Shown: piece by piece, positions 25,106 to 35,840 of the stretch | Position numbering within the stretch: position 1 is the stretch's first letter | Layout: each line of letters starts with the position of its first letter | Assembly: GCA_013239625.1 (NCBI GenBank) | Contig: MU054662.1 | Span: 13,815,798-13,879,797 of the forward strand | Direction of reading: 5' to 3' | Length of the DNA: 64,000 nucleotides | From: Lama guanicoe | Taxonomy: Eukaryota | Made by a program: the position numbers and the translations under genes | Notes under the pieces: generated by a model | Told to the model about the DNA's origin: nothing | What the model saw: the letters and a program-made list of their open reading frames with translations, nothing else | The model's database searches: none

Positions 25106-26479
25106 CATCGACGGATCATAACTAAATATAAACAGCACATTAAACAGCCCGTAAATCCAGTACGTCAGCGGGGGAGGACCCCGGTACCTGCAGCATGTCA
25201 TGGACCCTTTAAGTTACTTGTGTCAGAATTCCTCTGCCACCTTTCTCGGTTTCGTGTCCCCGTCTTCGTTTTTCACGGGAGTGAAGCAAAGCTCCGAGTT
25301 CAGCTGCTCGGGGTCCTGCAGACAGAGCGCATCAGAGGGCTGAGGCCCGAGCCCAGCCGTGTTCTTTGCGAACCATCTGCTGTAACAATACAGGGCTGGG
25401 GAGGGACATTGAATGACACGACTCAAGAGGACCTCCCGGAAGAGGTGAGGACCACTTGGCAGCTCTGTGAGCAGCAGACTGCCAGGGGCGCAGAGGACGG
25501 GCCGTGAGCGGAGGAACAGACCTCCTCCCTCTGCCCAGCTCCTCAGGCCTCCGGTGCCTCTGTCACCTGCACCGACGCCCCACCCTTCACCCCGAGCGAA
25601 GCGCGTCTTCCACGTCTGCTAGGCGCTGCCTGTCTGTGAGCTGCCACTTCTGTTTCCCGTCGCCTGGAAAACGCCACATCAGGAGAGAGGTCTGAACGTG
25701 AACTATTCCTTTCTCCCCTGAAAACAGGTGCAGAAATAAAACTCACCACTAATTGTTTCTGAGAAGCACTGAAGGAAGTGACAGCCGGGAGCAAGAGGAA
25801 GGGGTCTGACGACCTTGAGACGAGGCAGGGGAGCGGGGGGTGGGCAGGAGGGGAGGTGGCTCTGGCCCACGTGGGCCGCGTCCCCCGCACAGGGGGGCGG
25901 TCAGCGTCCCTCCTCCCGCCTGCCGGTGCAGCTCCGTCGGAAGGACTCGGCTGAGTGTCAGAGGGCTGCCCTCGCCCCTCCCAGCTGTCCGGTGGTCGGG
26001 GAGTAACAGACTCGGGGACCAGGCGCTGGGATAACCAGCTGCCGCAGTCCCACCAAACAGAAGGGACACGTGCCGGAAGCCGTCAGGGCTTCTGAGGAGC
26101 AGCGAGCCGTCGGGGTGCCTCTGAGCCAGTCACCTCACACGGCTTTGCAGGCATCAGATAACTGGTCCAACAACGTCGCTGTGAATAAAGCATTAACAGA
26201 CTCTGTGTGCAGGACCCGTAGGGAGCGCAGACATGAGGCCACCTGGCCGAGGATCAAACCGCAGTTTGACAGCAGCCCACACACGAGGCCAAGAGCGGGC
26301 ACCAAACCCCAAGGGGGAGGGACAAGTCCTAACTCTTTAAAACAAACCAGCCAGCAAATCCAACACACAAATGCACACAGGGGTCTTCGCGGGGGCCTGT
26401 GGGCTGGGGCGGCCCCCGCTGGCTCCCAGGCCCCCCGTCTCCATCCCCCCCGACCTCTCCCACTGAACTGTCACTGACA

Positions 26480-26773
26480 TGAATGCTAATTTCCACTCCT
26501 TCGCACATGCTGCTCCTTCCAGGCCCCAGCTTCCCGTGCCTGACTTCGGCCAGTCCCTCTGCGCTTCCCTTAGACCCTCCCTCGAGAGTCTCCCCGATCT
26601 CTGAGTCTGGGGTGTCCCTCCCCGACCACACGCTGCTCTTTCCCATCACACTCTTGTCATCACTGCATGTTGGTCTCTCCCCTGAAACGCACAGGCAGGA
26701 ACCGTGTCCGCGCGGCTCGGGACCGGAACAGTCCCTGGCACGCAGAGGACCTCAGCAAACAGGTGTGGAATGA
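26480..26773 (+). mobile_element. L2 LINE 3' end (degenerate)
   Basis: CCTTCGCACATGCTGCTCCTTCC ... GGCAGGAACCGTGTC ... CAGTCCCTGGCACGCAGAGGACCTCAGCAAACAGGTGTGGAATGA. Confidence 0.6.
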
Positions 26774-27404
26774 GGAACTGGAGACACACTCCTTGCCTAG
26801 AGGACGCTTGCACTCCAGCGGGTGAGACACACACGCGGTCGGAGGGAGGAGAAAGAGCTAAATGTCAAGTCAGAACAGAGGGAGCAAGTCTGAAGGCCCC
26901 AAAGCAGACATCCTGGCACCACCACGGCACCCGCTGCTGCTTCAGGTGAGGGTCCCCTCCGGGGCCCCTTTCCAGCTGGAGAGCACCCCCAGGTTCCAGG
27001 GCCGGAGACGTCCCAGTGAAGCCCCTTTAAAATTCCACCTGAGACCGGCCTGCCAATCTTGGGACAGATGAAGACCTGGAAGACACGTCTGCCCTGTGGT
27101 CCGTCTAGGGCAGAACCAGGATCTTGCACCTGGAGCAGAAAGCCATCGTTTGTTTCCCCAGAGAGGCTGTTCGGCATCGCGGAGAGGACGCTGTGGGCGG
27201 TGGGACGCATGTGTTGGAAAGAGCGTAAGTTTTGGGATGAGAGAGGCCTTGGCTCCCCTCCCAGCCCTGCGGTTTACTAGCAGCATGACTTGGACTGAGC
27301 TGCAGTCGCTCTGAGCGTCCGCCTAGCACGGCTACGGGGCTGCACAGGTTAACGCTGCATTACAGACTAAGGCCTCAATAATCTCATCAACAGGAGATGG
27401 AGTC

Positions 27405-27540
27405 CTGTCTCCACCGCTCCCTAGCTGTGCGCTCCCGGGCAGGTCACCTGATCCCGCTAAGCCTCGGTCTTCTCATCTATAAAATGGGGACAATCAAACC
27501 CTCTTTGCACACATAACATAAGCATAAAATGAGGTATACT
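27405..27540 (+). mobile_element. MIR SINE fragment
   Basis: CTAGCTGTGC..GGGCAGGTCACCTGA..CTAAGCCTCGGTCTTCTCATCTATAAAATGGGGACAAT. Confidence 0.85.
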
Positions 27541-29074
27541 TGTGGAGTTCCTCCAGTCGTGACAGATGCCCAACGAACAGAAATCTTTATCCTTTTTTAA
27601 TTGACTACATGAGATTGTGTCAAGTCGGTTTTGCCCCGATCCAGGGGACAACGCACCGGTCTTCGGCCTTTTGATCTTTACCTTCCTCTCCAGTCCACCC
27701 GGGGAATGTGCTTCCCTCTGTGGGGCCTGCGGCGCCCCCAGCCTCTGACGTGATGCTGAGTGAGTGACCTGGCATTGCCTGGACTGCGTCCCTCCCGAGT
27801 CCCCTTCCCAAGCCAGCCAAGGGTTCCCAGCAAGCGCCTGAGGCCACGCGAGAGCCCTGGGTATTCAGGCCACATTTAAGGGACCGACTGGCATCCCAAA
27901 GACTTTGCAGTCTTGAAATTAATTTAGAAATTCGTTCCCACACAGTTGGATACAACACTGCTCTCTCCACCCAGCTGATAGACTAGTGTCACAATTTAGA
28001 AGCTCCTGTAAGCTGAAAGGGGTATTTCCCTAAACATTCAGATTTTGCTCCCAACTGGAGGAGGATATTAAGTTGTTAGCATAAAATTGGTCTATTCAGC
28101 TTCCTGAGCCTTCTTTCTGGAGGAGACAGCTGATTTCCTTTTCAGACCCAGTGTATTAACGTTCACAATTAATTTAGATGAACATCATCTGCGCTGATAG
28201 TAAAGTGTCTGGCAATTAAAGAAAGAATGTGAGGGAGCCACAGGCATCAGAGATATCAGAAGACACCTTTATCATAATGATGTAAAATCAGCATGTTTTC
28301 ATATGATTTAATTATAGATTGACAGGAAAAAGCGCAAAACCGTAGATTAATAATTTTTAGGTAATACATATATTAAAACCAGCGTTTCCAAAACTCTGAT
28401 TAGTGTTGAGCAGGCGGAATTCACCATCTTTATGAAAGAGAACTTGTAGATCCCAAATATAATAACTTAGCAGGAACGAGACAGAAGAGCTCTGAGTGCG
28501 ATATGGGTAGGTAATCTCTCCTGCGGCTTGGGAAGAAATTAAACTGCTAAGTGACGCATGCGTTTCTCTGAAGGCAACTCTGCCTTCCTTGCTGTTCCGG
28601 CCTCCCTGTAGAAAGTGTTGGCCCCAATGACTCGCGTTCGACGCAAAATGCAGAACCAACTGGTCGTGGTTTTGCAGCCCGGAGGGCGCTGTTGCGGTGC
28701 GACGGCCAGGAAAAGAGACACTTCCCTCCCAGTCAGTGGTTCACGTTCATTCATCTTCTTTCCACACACGGGACCCTCCCAAGCCTGGAGCCACGGGGAC
28801 GGGGCAGTGAAGGGAGTCGCGAGTGCACCGCCGCCGTCCCCACCGTGCCTGCAACCCCCCAGAGGGTGTAGAGGAGCCCAGGGGGGTCACCGGGAACTTC
28901 AACCCGAGGACGTGGTCGACTGGATCGGGCCCCTGGATCCTGGCTGAGATCCGTGCGTGCAGTTCTGAGCTGCGCCTGAAGCAGAGGCGCCGGCCCGTCA
29001 CTCACGGCGAGGCTGGTGAGCGCGGCGCTGACGAACCCAGCACCCGGAGCGCGCACTCTGCGTCCGGGGAGGCC

Positions 29075-29262
29075 CCAATCCACCCTGCTCTTAGTTCACA
29101 GTTTAAACGAGCTGTATATGCTTTCTGTGCCTGAATCTCATAACCTGTGAAACAAGGGGAGGGTGACGCCTGCCTCAAAACACTTTGCAGAAAGTAAAGG
29201 GGAGACAAAGATAAAGCATTGCGCCTGCCCCGAGCCCAGCGCAGAGCAAGCGCCTGGTGAAC
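29075..29262 (+). mobile_element. MIR SINE (degenerate)
   Basis: TCTGTGCCTGAATCTCATAACCTGTGAAACAAGGGG..CCTGCCTCA..GAGCCCAGCGCAGAGCAAGCGC. Confidence 0.55.
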
Positions 29263-29300
29263 AGTCGTCCTCTCTGGGCAACGTTCAGGTTTTAAAGAAT

Positions 29301-29332
<32 letters not shown>

Positions 29333-29345
29333 TGCACACACACAC
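29301..29345. repeat. (CA)n microsatellite
   Basis: About 14 perfect CA units, then CGCATGCACACACACAC. Confidence 0.95.
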
Positions 29346-29815
29346 CCCTGCTTCCTCAGTCCTCATGACCTGGATCTTTGCCTGACATTTGCTGGATCTG
29401 CGCTGCCTGAATCTAAACCAAAAACGTGAAGGTAGATGGGCCCTAAATACACTCGAGATAAAATTTCAGTGGGATTAAGTGGCAGGAGGAGCGTGCGCCA
29501 CCAGAGGCGTCAGTAACGGCGATGACTCCAGTTAGCTTTTCCTCGAGCTGCACCTGCTGCCTCGGTGGCCCCTGCGGAGCACGTCACAAGCGCCACTTCA
29601 CTGAGCACGTCCAGCGCTAGGGAAGGGCAGCACCGTTGCCCCGTTTTACAGAGGAAGACGCTGGAGCTCAGAAACTGCCCCCGCCAGCACCGGCGCCCGA
29701 CCCCGCGCAGTGTCACCGCGGCACGGCAGCTATCCCGAGAGGAGAGCAAGTAGGAAGACCCTCAGGCTGAGTCTCAGACGCACTGATGTGTTGCGCTGAC
29801 GCTGGAATGACCTGC

Positions 29816-29950
29816 TCATTCATTCATTCATTCATTCATGCCCCGGCTTTTCTACACAATTAGGCGAGCACCCCCCAACGCACGGGCCGCAGGCTGAGCG
29901 CAGGAGCTGAGAAGACGGACAAGTGGTCCCTGAACCCAAGTTGCTCAGGC
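29816..29950 (-). mobile_element. L2 3' end with (TTCA)n tail
   Basis: (TCAT)5+ run followed by GCGAGCACC..GTGGTCCCTGAACCCAAG, typical of a reverse L2 terminus. Confidence 0.6.
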
Positions 29951-31455
29951 AAACCAGGAGAGCAAGCAAGTGGAAGAGTGGGGCAGGTCTGGGCCGGACA
30001 CCCACCTGCGCCCCATCCCTGCTCACCAGCGGGGGTCTGAGCTGTCCCAGCCCAGGGACCAGCCCTGAGGGAGCGGGCTCTCTACATCCAGACCCTCCTG
30101 CCCGTCAGCTCCCGGCCCACAGACCAGCCTCTTCTCACAGGCGCCTGCCTCTCAGCTCTCATGCTCTTGCTGGGACACTTGGGGTAACTGGTGAACAGCG
30201 CTGTGAACTGGCCTGTATTTAAGCAGGTGTTTGAACTGACAATAAAAAAAAAGTGAAAGATAAATGCAGTTTGCTAGCAGAACAACAAGAAAAACTCCTA
30301 ACAGCCCAGAACATCATGCACACTGCAGCTACTGCCGGACAGCACCGTGTAGGGTTACTGATTAAACAGATATGCTGCGCCCAGAACCGCAGAGCATCCT
30401 GTTCTCGGGGCACCACCAGGAGGCAGGTTTCCCACACGCAGAGCGCGGCTCTTAAGTGGTGTTCCCTGCCGTGGGATTGCGCTTGTGTGTCTGGCCCGGG
30501 CTGCCCTCTGCGGTCACACAACGGTCACGGCCCTGCCCTTTCAGCCCGGCAAGCGGATGCCCTGGTGCCGAGGACGGGGGGCGAGGGGCAGGGGTGGCTG
30601 GGGGGGCGGCAGGTGAGCTAGGTCTGAGCACGCATGACCGCTTGCTGAGAACGCATCTTTCTTATTTTAACCAAACTCACAAATATCCACCAATTTGTTC
30701 CCTTCAACAGCATCAATGTACTTCTTATTAAAGAACATCTCTTTGTGAAAGACTCAGACAGAACATCCCAGCACAAAGGACGGAGCAGGACACGGTGCAG
30801 CCAAGTTTCTGCAAAGTGGTGAGTCAGCAGGGGATGGAAGAAATGCTACCGCTTCCACCCCTTGTTGGGAAATTAAGGGCCTTCCTTTAAATCAAAATTT
30901 CCTTTGCTCTTAATAAGACGGCAGCCTGGAACGCTCGGCCTGCCGCTGAGACGGCGACTTCTTGCTGGGCTTAGATTTTTCAAGAGCTCTGCATTTAATC
31001 TCAGAAGGCTGCCAGGGGTTTCGAGGAGAGCCGGGCAGAGCAAGAGACAGCAGTGGGGCGGCCACACAAGGAAGTGAGACCTTGTTGATACGCACGGCCA
31101 TCCTCTCCAGCTTATTCTAGCTGGAGTCAGAGGACAAACATGAATCAGCACCTTCTCCCGGGCACCTGCGTGAGCAAGAAGGCTGGGGAGGGTCAAGGGC
31201 ACGAAGGAGCCCTGAGGGCATCCTGGAAAGACCAGCAGGCGCCCGGGCTCTGGGAGGACAAGGAGAGTGACACCGGTGGGGGTGGGGGCCCAGGGTCAGC
31301 TCCCCCGCCGCCTGCCAGGCCCCACTCCCGTCCAGCAGCACCCCCAGCACTGAAGCCGCCCCAGGACAGGTCAAGGCTGTGGTCAAGTGAGGACCGCACG
31401 CTCCTTCTCTTGCAGCACCGGTGTTCAGGAGACAGAAGGCAGCGCGGGGCAGATG

Positions 31456-31670
31456 TTTTTCACTTGCAGTCTAGTCAGTTTACAATGCTGTGTCAGTTTC
31501 TGCTGCACAGCATCCCGTTTCGGTCACACGTGTACAGACACATATTGCTTTCGTGTTCTTTTTCATTACAGTCACTACAAGACATCGAATATAGTTCCTG
31601 TGCTGTATGGTAGGACTGTGTTGTGTCTCTATTTTATATGTAGTAGTTAGGGTCTGCAAACCTCAGACTC
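31456..31670 (-). mobile_element. L1 3' UTR fragment (camelid type)
   Basis: AGTCTAGTCAGTTTACAATG..CTACAAGACATCGAATATAGTTCCTGTGCTGTA..TCTATTTTATATGTAGTAGTTAG..CTGCAAACCTCA is the reverse complement of the 20230-20430 UTR. Confidence 0.88.
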
Positions 31671-32229
31671 ACACAGAAACTTCTTCTTAATTAATCAGTG
31701 AAAACTCCTCTTGGGCTTTAAACAGTCTCTCGGGGAGCCGCCAACGCAGCAGCTGAAGCCACGCCCCCCCCCTCCGCAGGAAGAATGAGCGCTGTTCCCT
31801 AAGAAAGCGCCACCTCCCCGCCTGGAGGCCGCCTCGGCCTCAGGACACTGGACTGTCCCGGGAGGAAACGGTCCCCCTCAAGCTGAGGTCGCTTAGCAGC
31901 GCGGAACCTCTCAGGAAGGGCAGGTGTGAGCAGGGTGAGACGCGGCAGGGCGCGGGGTGAGGCTGCACTCCGTGCAGGTTCCACCATCACCGCTTGGGAA
32001 CCCATGCGTCAGGTCTTTCAAAAGCACATGCTGAAACTTTAGTACAATTTTAACTAGTATACGCGTGTGCTACACAAACGTGTAAAATGCATTTACATAC
32101 ACACACACCTACGTTTAGCGCTCAGGAAAGCACACACCCCTTTGTTCAGTCTGTCATGTCCACAACCAACTCCTAATGGGTGCATTTCCAAGAATCACTT
32201 ATTCATATGTTCACGCTGAGCGCTCTCCG

Positions 32230-33250
32230 AGAGCTGAATTGTGTCTCTCCAAAAGATACCTGGGGAAAACTCTAATTTGAAAAGACACATGCACCCCAGT
32301 GTTCAAAGCAGCACTGTATACAACCGCCAAACACAGAAGCAACTTAAATGTCCATGGACAGATGGCTGGATAAGGAAGCTGTGGTGTATTTATACAATGG
32401 AATACTACTCAGCCATAAAAAAGACTAAAATAATGCCATTTGCAGCAACATGGATGGACCTAGAGATGATCATACTAAGTGAAGTCTGACAGAGAAAGAC
32501 AAATACTATATGATACCACCTATATGTGGAATCTAAAAAAATGGTTAAAATGAACTTATTTACAAAACAGAAGCAAACTAACAGACACAGGAAACAAACT
32601 ATGGTCACTAAAGGAGAAAGAGGGGAGAGATGAACTGGGAGTCTGGGATCAGCAGATATAAAACGACTATATATAAAATTGACAAACAAAAGGTCCTAGT
32701 GCACAGCACAGGGAACTGTGGCCAATACTCTGTAATAAACTGTAATGGAAAAGAACACATAGACTTGAGTCACTTTGCTGAAACTAACACAGCACTGGAA
32801 ATCAACTATACGTCAATAAAAAAATTTAAAAAAAAAAGCTACGTTGTCGTCCAACCCCCAGGACCTCAGCTGTGACCTTACTTGGCTATGGGATCACAGT
32901 GGACGTACCCAGTTAAGACAGGGTCACTCGAGAGCTGGGGGGGGTCCTCCATCTGCACACCTGGTGCCCTTACAAGAAAAGAGAGGTGATGCAGGACAGA
33001 GTCCCGTGAGGGAAGGAGGCCCCGTGACGGCGGAGGCGGAGACGGGGCCGAGGAACACCGAGGGTTTTCCATCAAACACCAGGAGCTGGGAAACCGTGCA
33101 GGAGACCCCTCCCCCTACAGGCCGCAGAGGCAGATGGCCCTGCCAACACCTGGATTTTGGATTTCCCGCCCCGAGAACTGGTGTCCAGTTCTGTGGGCTT
33201 AGGCCCCCACTGGTGGCACTCTGTCACGGCCGCCCAAGGAAACTGACCGA
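32230..33250 (+). mobile_element. MLT1 (MaLR, MLT1C-like) solo LTR interrupted by an L1
   Basis: 5' piece GAGCTGAATTGTGTCTCTCCAAAAGATA (32231-32258). It resumes at ~32838 with GTTG..AACCCCCAGGACCTCAG..TGTGACCTTA and ends CCCTGCCAACACCTGGATTTTGGA..GGAAACTGAC. Confidence 0.8.
32264..32837 (+). mobile_element. 5'-truncated L1 nested in MLT1
   Basis: Translation CPWTDGWIRKLWCIYTMEYYSAIKKTKIMPFAATWMDLEMIILSEV is the L1 ORF2p C-terminus. It is followed by a 3' UTR, AATAAA and poly-A. Confidence 0.95.
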
Positions 33251-35666
33251 GCGCTGAAATGCTAGGCTGGGGGGACACATGGTTTATACGGCCACCCCCC
33301 GTTTCCAGGTGCTCAGAGTCCAGCGTCAGTGGCCCCCGTGTGTCGCACCGCACCGAGTCACCACACTTTTAAACAGAATTTGTCCAGCTTAACCCCATCA
33401 TTCCCCTGTCCCTTGAATTCCCACCTCCAACACCCCGAGAGACCAAGAGATGAAAGGAAAACGCAGTTCAGCGGGAAGGCCGGAGCCCTTCCCTCCCTCA
33501 GAAACCCCGAGAGTCATTTATCTCAATTCGCCTGGGGACACTTGCCTTAGATCGCGTCTTTCAAACTTACGTCTCCCACCCCGAGGGTCAGAGAGGCAGC
33601 TATGATTTTAGATGTCGCGAGGACATTTCTGGGCCGGGCCGCAATGAGCAGTTAACCTGGCGCACTGACAGAGCTCCCTTCCGCGGGTGCTGCCGGAGCC
33701 CAGCGCCCCGAGCTCTCCGCGCAGCCCTGGGCATCTGAGCACCAGGGCCCGCAGCCCAGCATTCCTCTCCCGCCTTCCACCCGAGGGTTCCTGGTGAGCG
33801 GCCGTCTGGGCCAGGAGCCCGAGAGTCGGGCTCCGGTCCGAGCAAGCCCACCACGGAGCCACGCCGAGTTCTCCCTCCAGCTGCTGCTGCCCGGGGTCAG
33901 GACCCCTTTCCACACAGACCCCCGCGCCTGTCGGCCTCCCCCCACCCCGGCTGGGGCTCCGGCTGCCTCTGCTGCCGCCTGGCCTGCCCCGGCCGCACTC
34001 CACCCCCAGAATCTCAGTCCTGGCCGAAACGTGTCTTTCCACGGCAGGCAGAGAAATGAAAATGCTTCCCATTTCAATTGTTTCCTCTACTCAGGTGAAG
34101 AAATGAAAAAAACCTTGCCCATAATAATAAGGAAATAGAGTTTTAAAAATTTAATTTTCTCTCAAAACTCAGCAGAGCAGCTGAAAGTGTGCAAATGTTG
34201 CTGCACAGTGAGTTAATCGCTGGTTTTGGGGGAGACAGGCAGCAGGGAGGGGTCTGTGGGTCTCTTCTCCAGCCACTCTCCCTTCCCCCGAACCCAGAAA
34301 AACACAAAAGAGCAGGCAGAACAGCGAGAGGCCAGGGCGAGAAGTGGGTTCGACAGGAGAGAAGTGTTTACCGACCCTGAATGGCTGAACCGGTACCGGC
34401 GTCGGGAGAGCAGAGACAGACAGGGCTCTGCTCCAAGTGAGCGCCTGTCGGCAGACAAGAGTGACTCCGCCCTGCGCTCCCACGGGAAACCGCTCTGTAG
34501 GACTCACGCATCTTTCCACTTGCCTAAGCCTTGCAAATAAATTCCCCCTTTTGGCCAACCTTGTTCCCTCTTTGGAAGTAGCCTGTGTAGAACTCTGCGT
34601 GACGTTCGGAGGATCCACGGCAGTGACTTAAGAACATAAACACCTGATGTTGCAGCAGAAAAAATTGAGCGGAAACTGACCTAAATATTCGTCCCCCGTG
34701 GGAAGGGAGAAAGTGACCTGAAGGAACGAAGGGGTCTTGTCACCTCGGCTGAAATGCCACCTACCAGAGGGCTCTGCAGGAGCACTTCAGTAAGAAGAGC
34801 CGCCTCTGCTCCCCGCCACGTTCAAGACGAAGCAAAGCCACTCGTGCCTACGTGCCCCTCTGCAGCCCCACTCAACAGCGGCCCCGCCGGCCAGCAGCTC
34901 TAGGAGGCGCCAGGTCTGAGTGATCGCATTCCCTGTGCCTTGCGGTGCGTGAGTGACCGACCGCCGCACACTTCAGGAAGGAGGGAGGGGCAGTCGGGGT
35001 GGGGTGCATGGGAGACGGGTTTGCTGGGGTAAGTTGCTACCCTGGTTGCACAAAAATAAGGTGGTGTTTTAGAACTTTCGTGATCCACTCTATCCCCCAG
35101 GGATGTGGTGCAGAGTGACAAGTATTTAGGAGAGTAAGGACTCCTTGTGGCTTGGGGTCAGCTGGCAACCTGAGGTCTCAGCACACGCAGCTGGCCACTC
35201 CATCCAGCCCACCCAACAGCATTCTCCTTCCTGAACGTCTTGGGTGCATTTTGCTCCGTTAGGGAAGATCACGCCAGCCTGGTGGCTGAGGAGTCTCTCC
35301 AGGGGCAACAGACCAAGTGTCTGAGCAAGAAAACGCCCACTGTGGGCTGGTCTGTCCCGCAGACCCTTCCCATCCTGGGGTCACCCCTCGCCCCGGAGAA
35401 CCTTGCAGGAAGCCCGGAGAGAGGGGCGCCTGCCTGGAGACACGAGCCGTGGGTGCACTCTGTGTGGCCGGCACCACAGCCACGTCTGACTGTGCTCGGG
35501 GTCGGACGGCTCTGCCCTCAACACAGGTCAACGGAGAGCGCTGAGCCTCACGTTCACAAGTTCTAAACTGGAAGTGGGGAAACCCGCCCGCCGTCCACGA
35601 GGCTCATGTTGCTGGGGCAGCGGGTCGGGCCAGTGCTGTGAACACGGCCCCAAGCCTTACGAAGGC

Positions 35667-35840
35667 CTTTTCTTTCTTTCTTTCTTTCTTTTTGTTTTGT
35701 TTGTTGATTGATTGATTTTACTGATGTACAGTCAGTTCACAATGTTGCATCAGTTTCTGGTGCATAGCATGTTTCAGTCATGCATGTGCACACGTATGTT
35801 CCTTTTCATATTCTTTTGCATTAGAGGCTGGTACATGACA
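35667..35840 (-). mobile_element. L1 3' end with (TTTC)n/(TTGA)n-decayed tail
   Basis: GTACAGTCAGTTCACAATGTTGCATCAGTTTCTGGTGCATAGCATGTTTCAGTCATGCATG; homologous to the other L1 ends in the window. Confidence 0.88.

Noticed and set aside
20922-32489. L1 ORF2-like peptides (20922-21251, 21717-21920, 32241-32489) as functional CDS
   Set aside because: They are truncated, frameshifted retrotransposon remnants and are reported as mobile elements.
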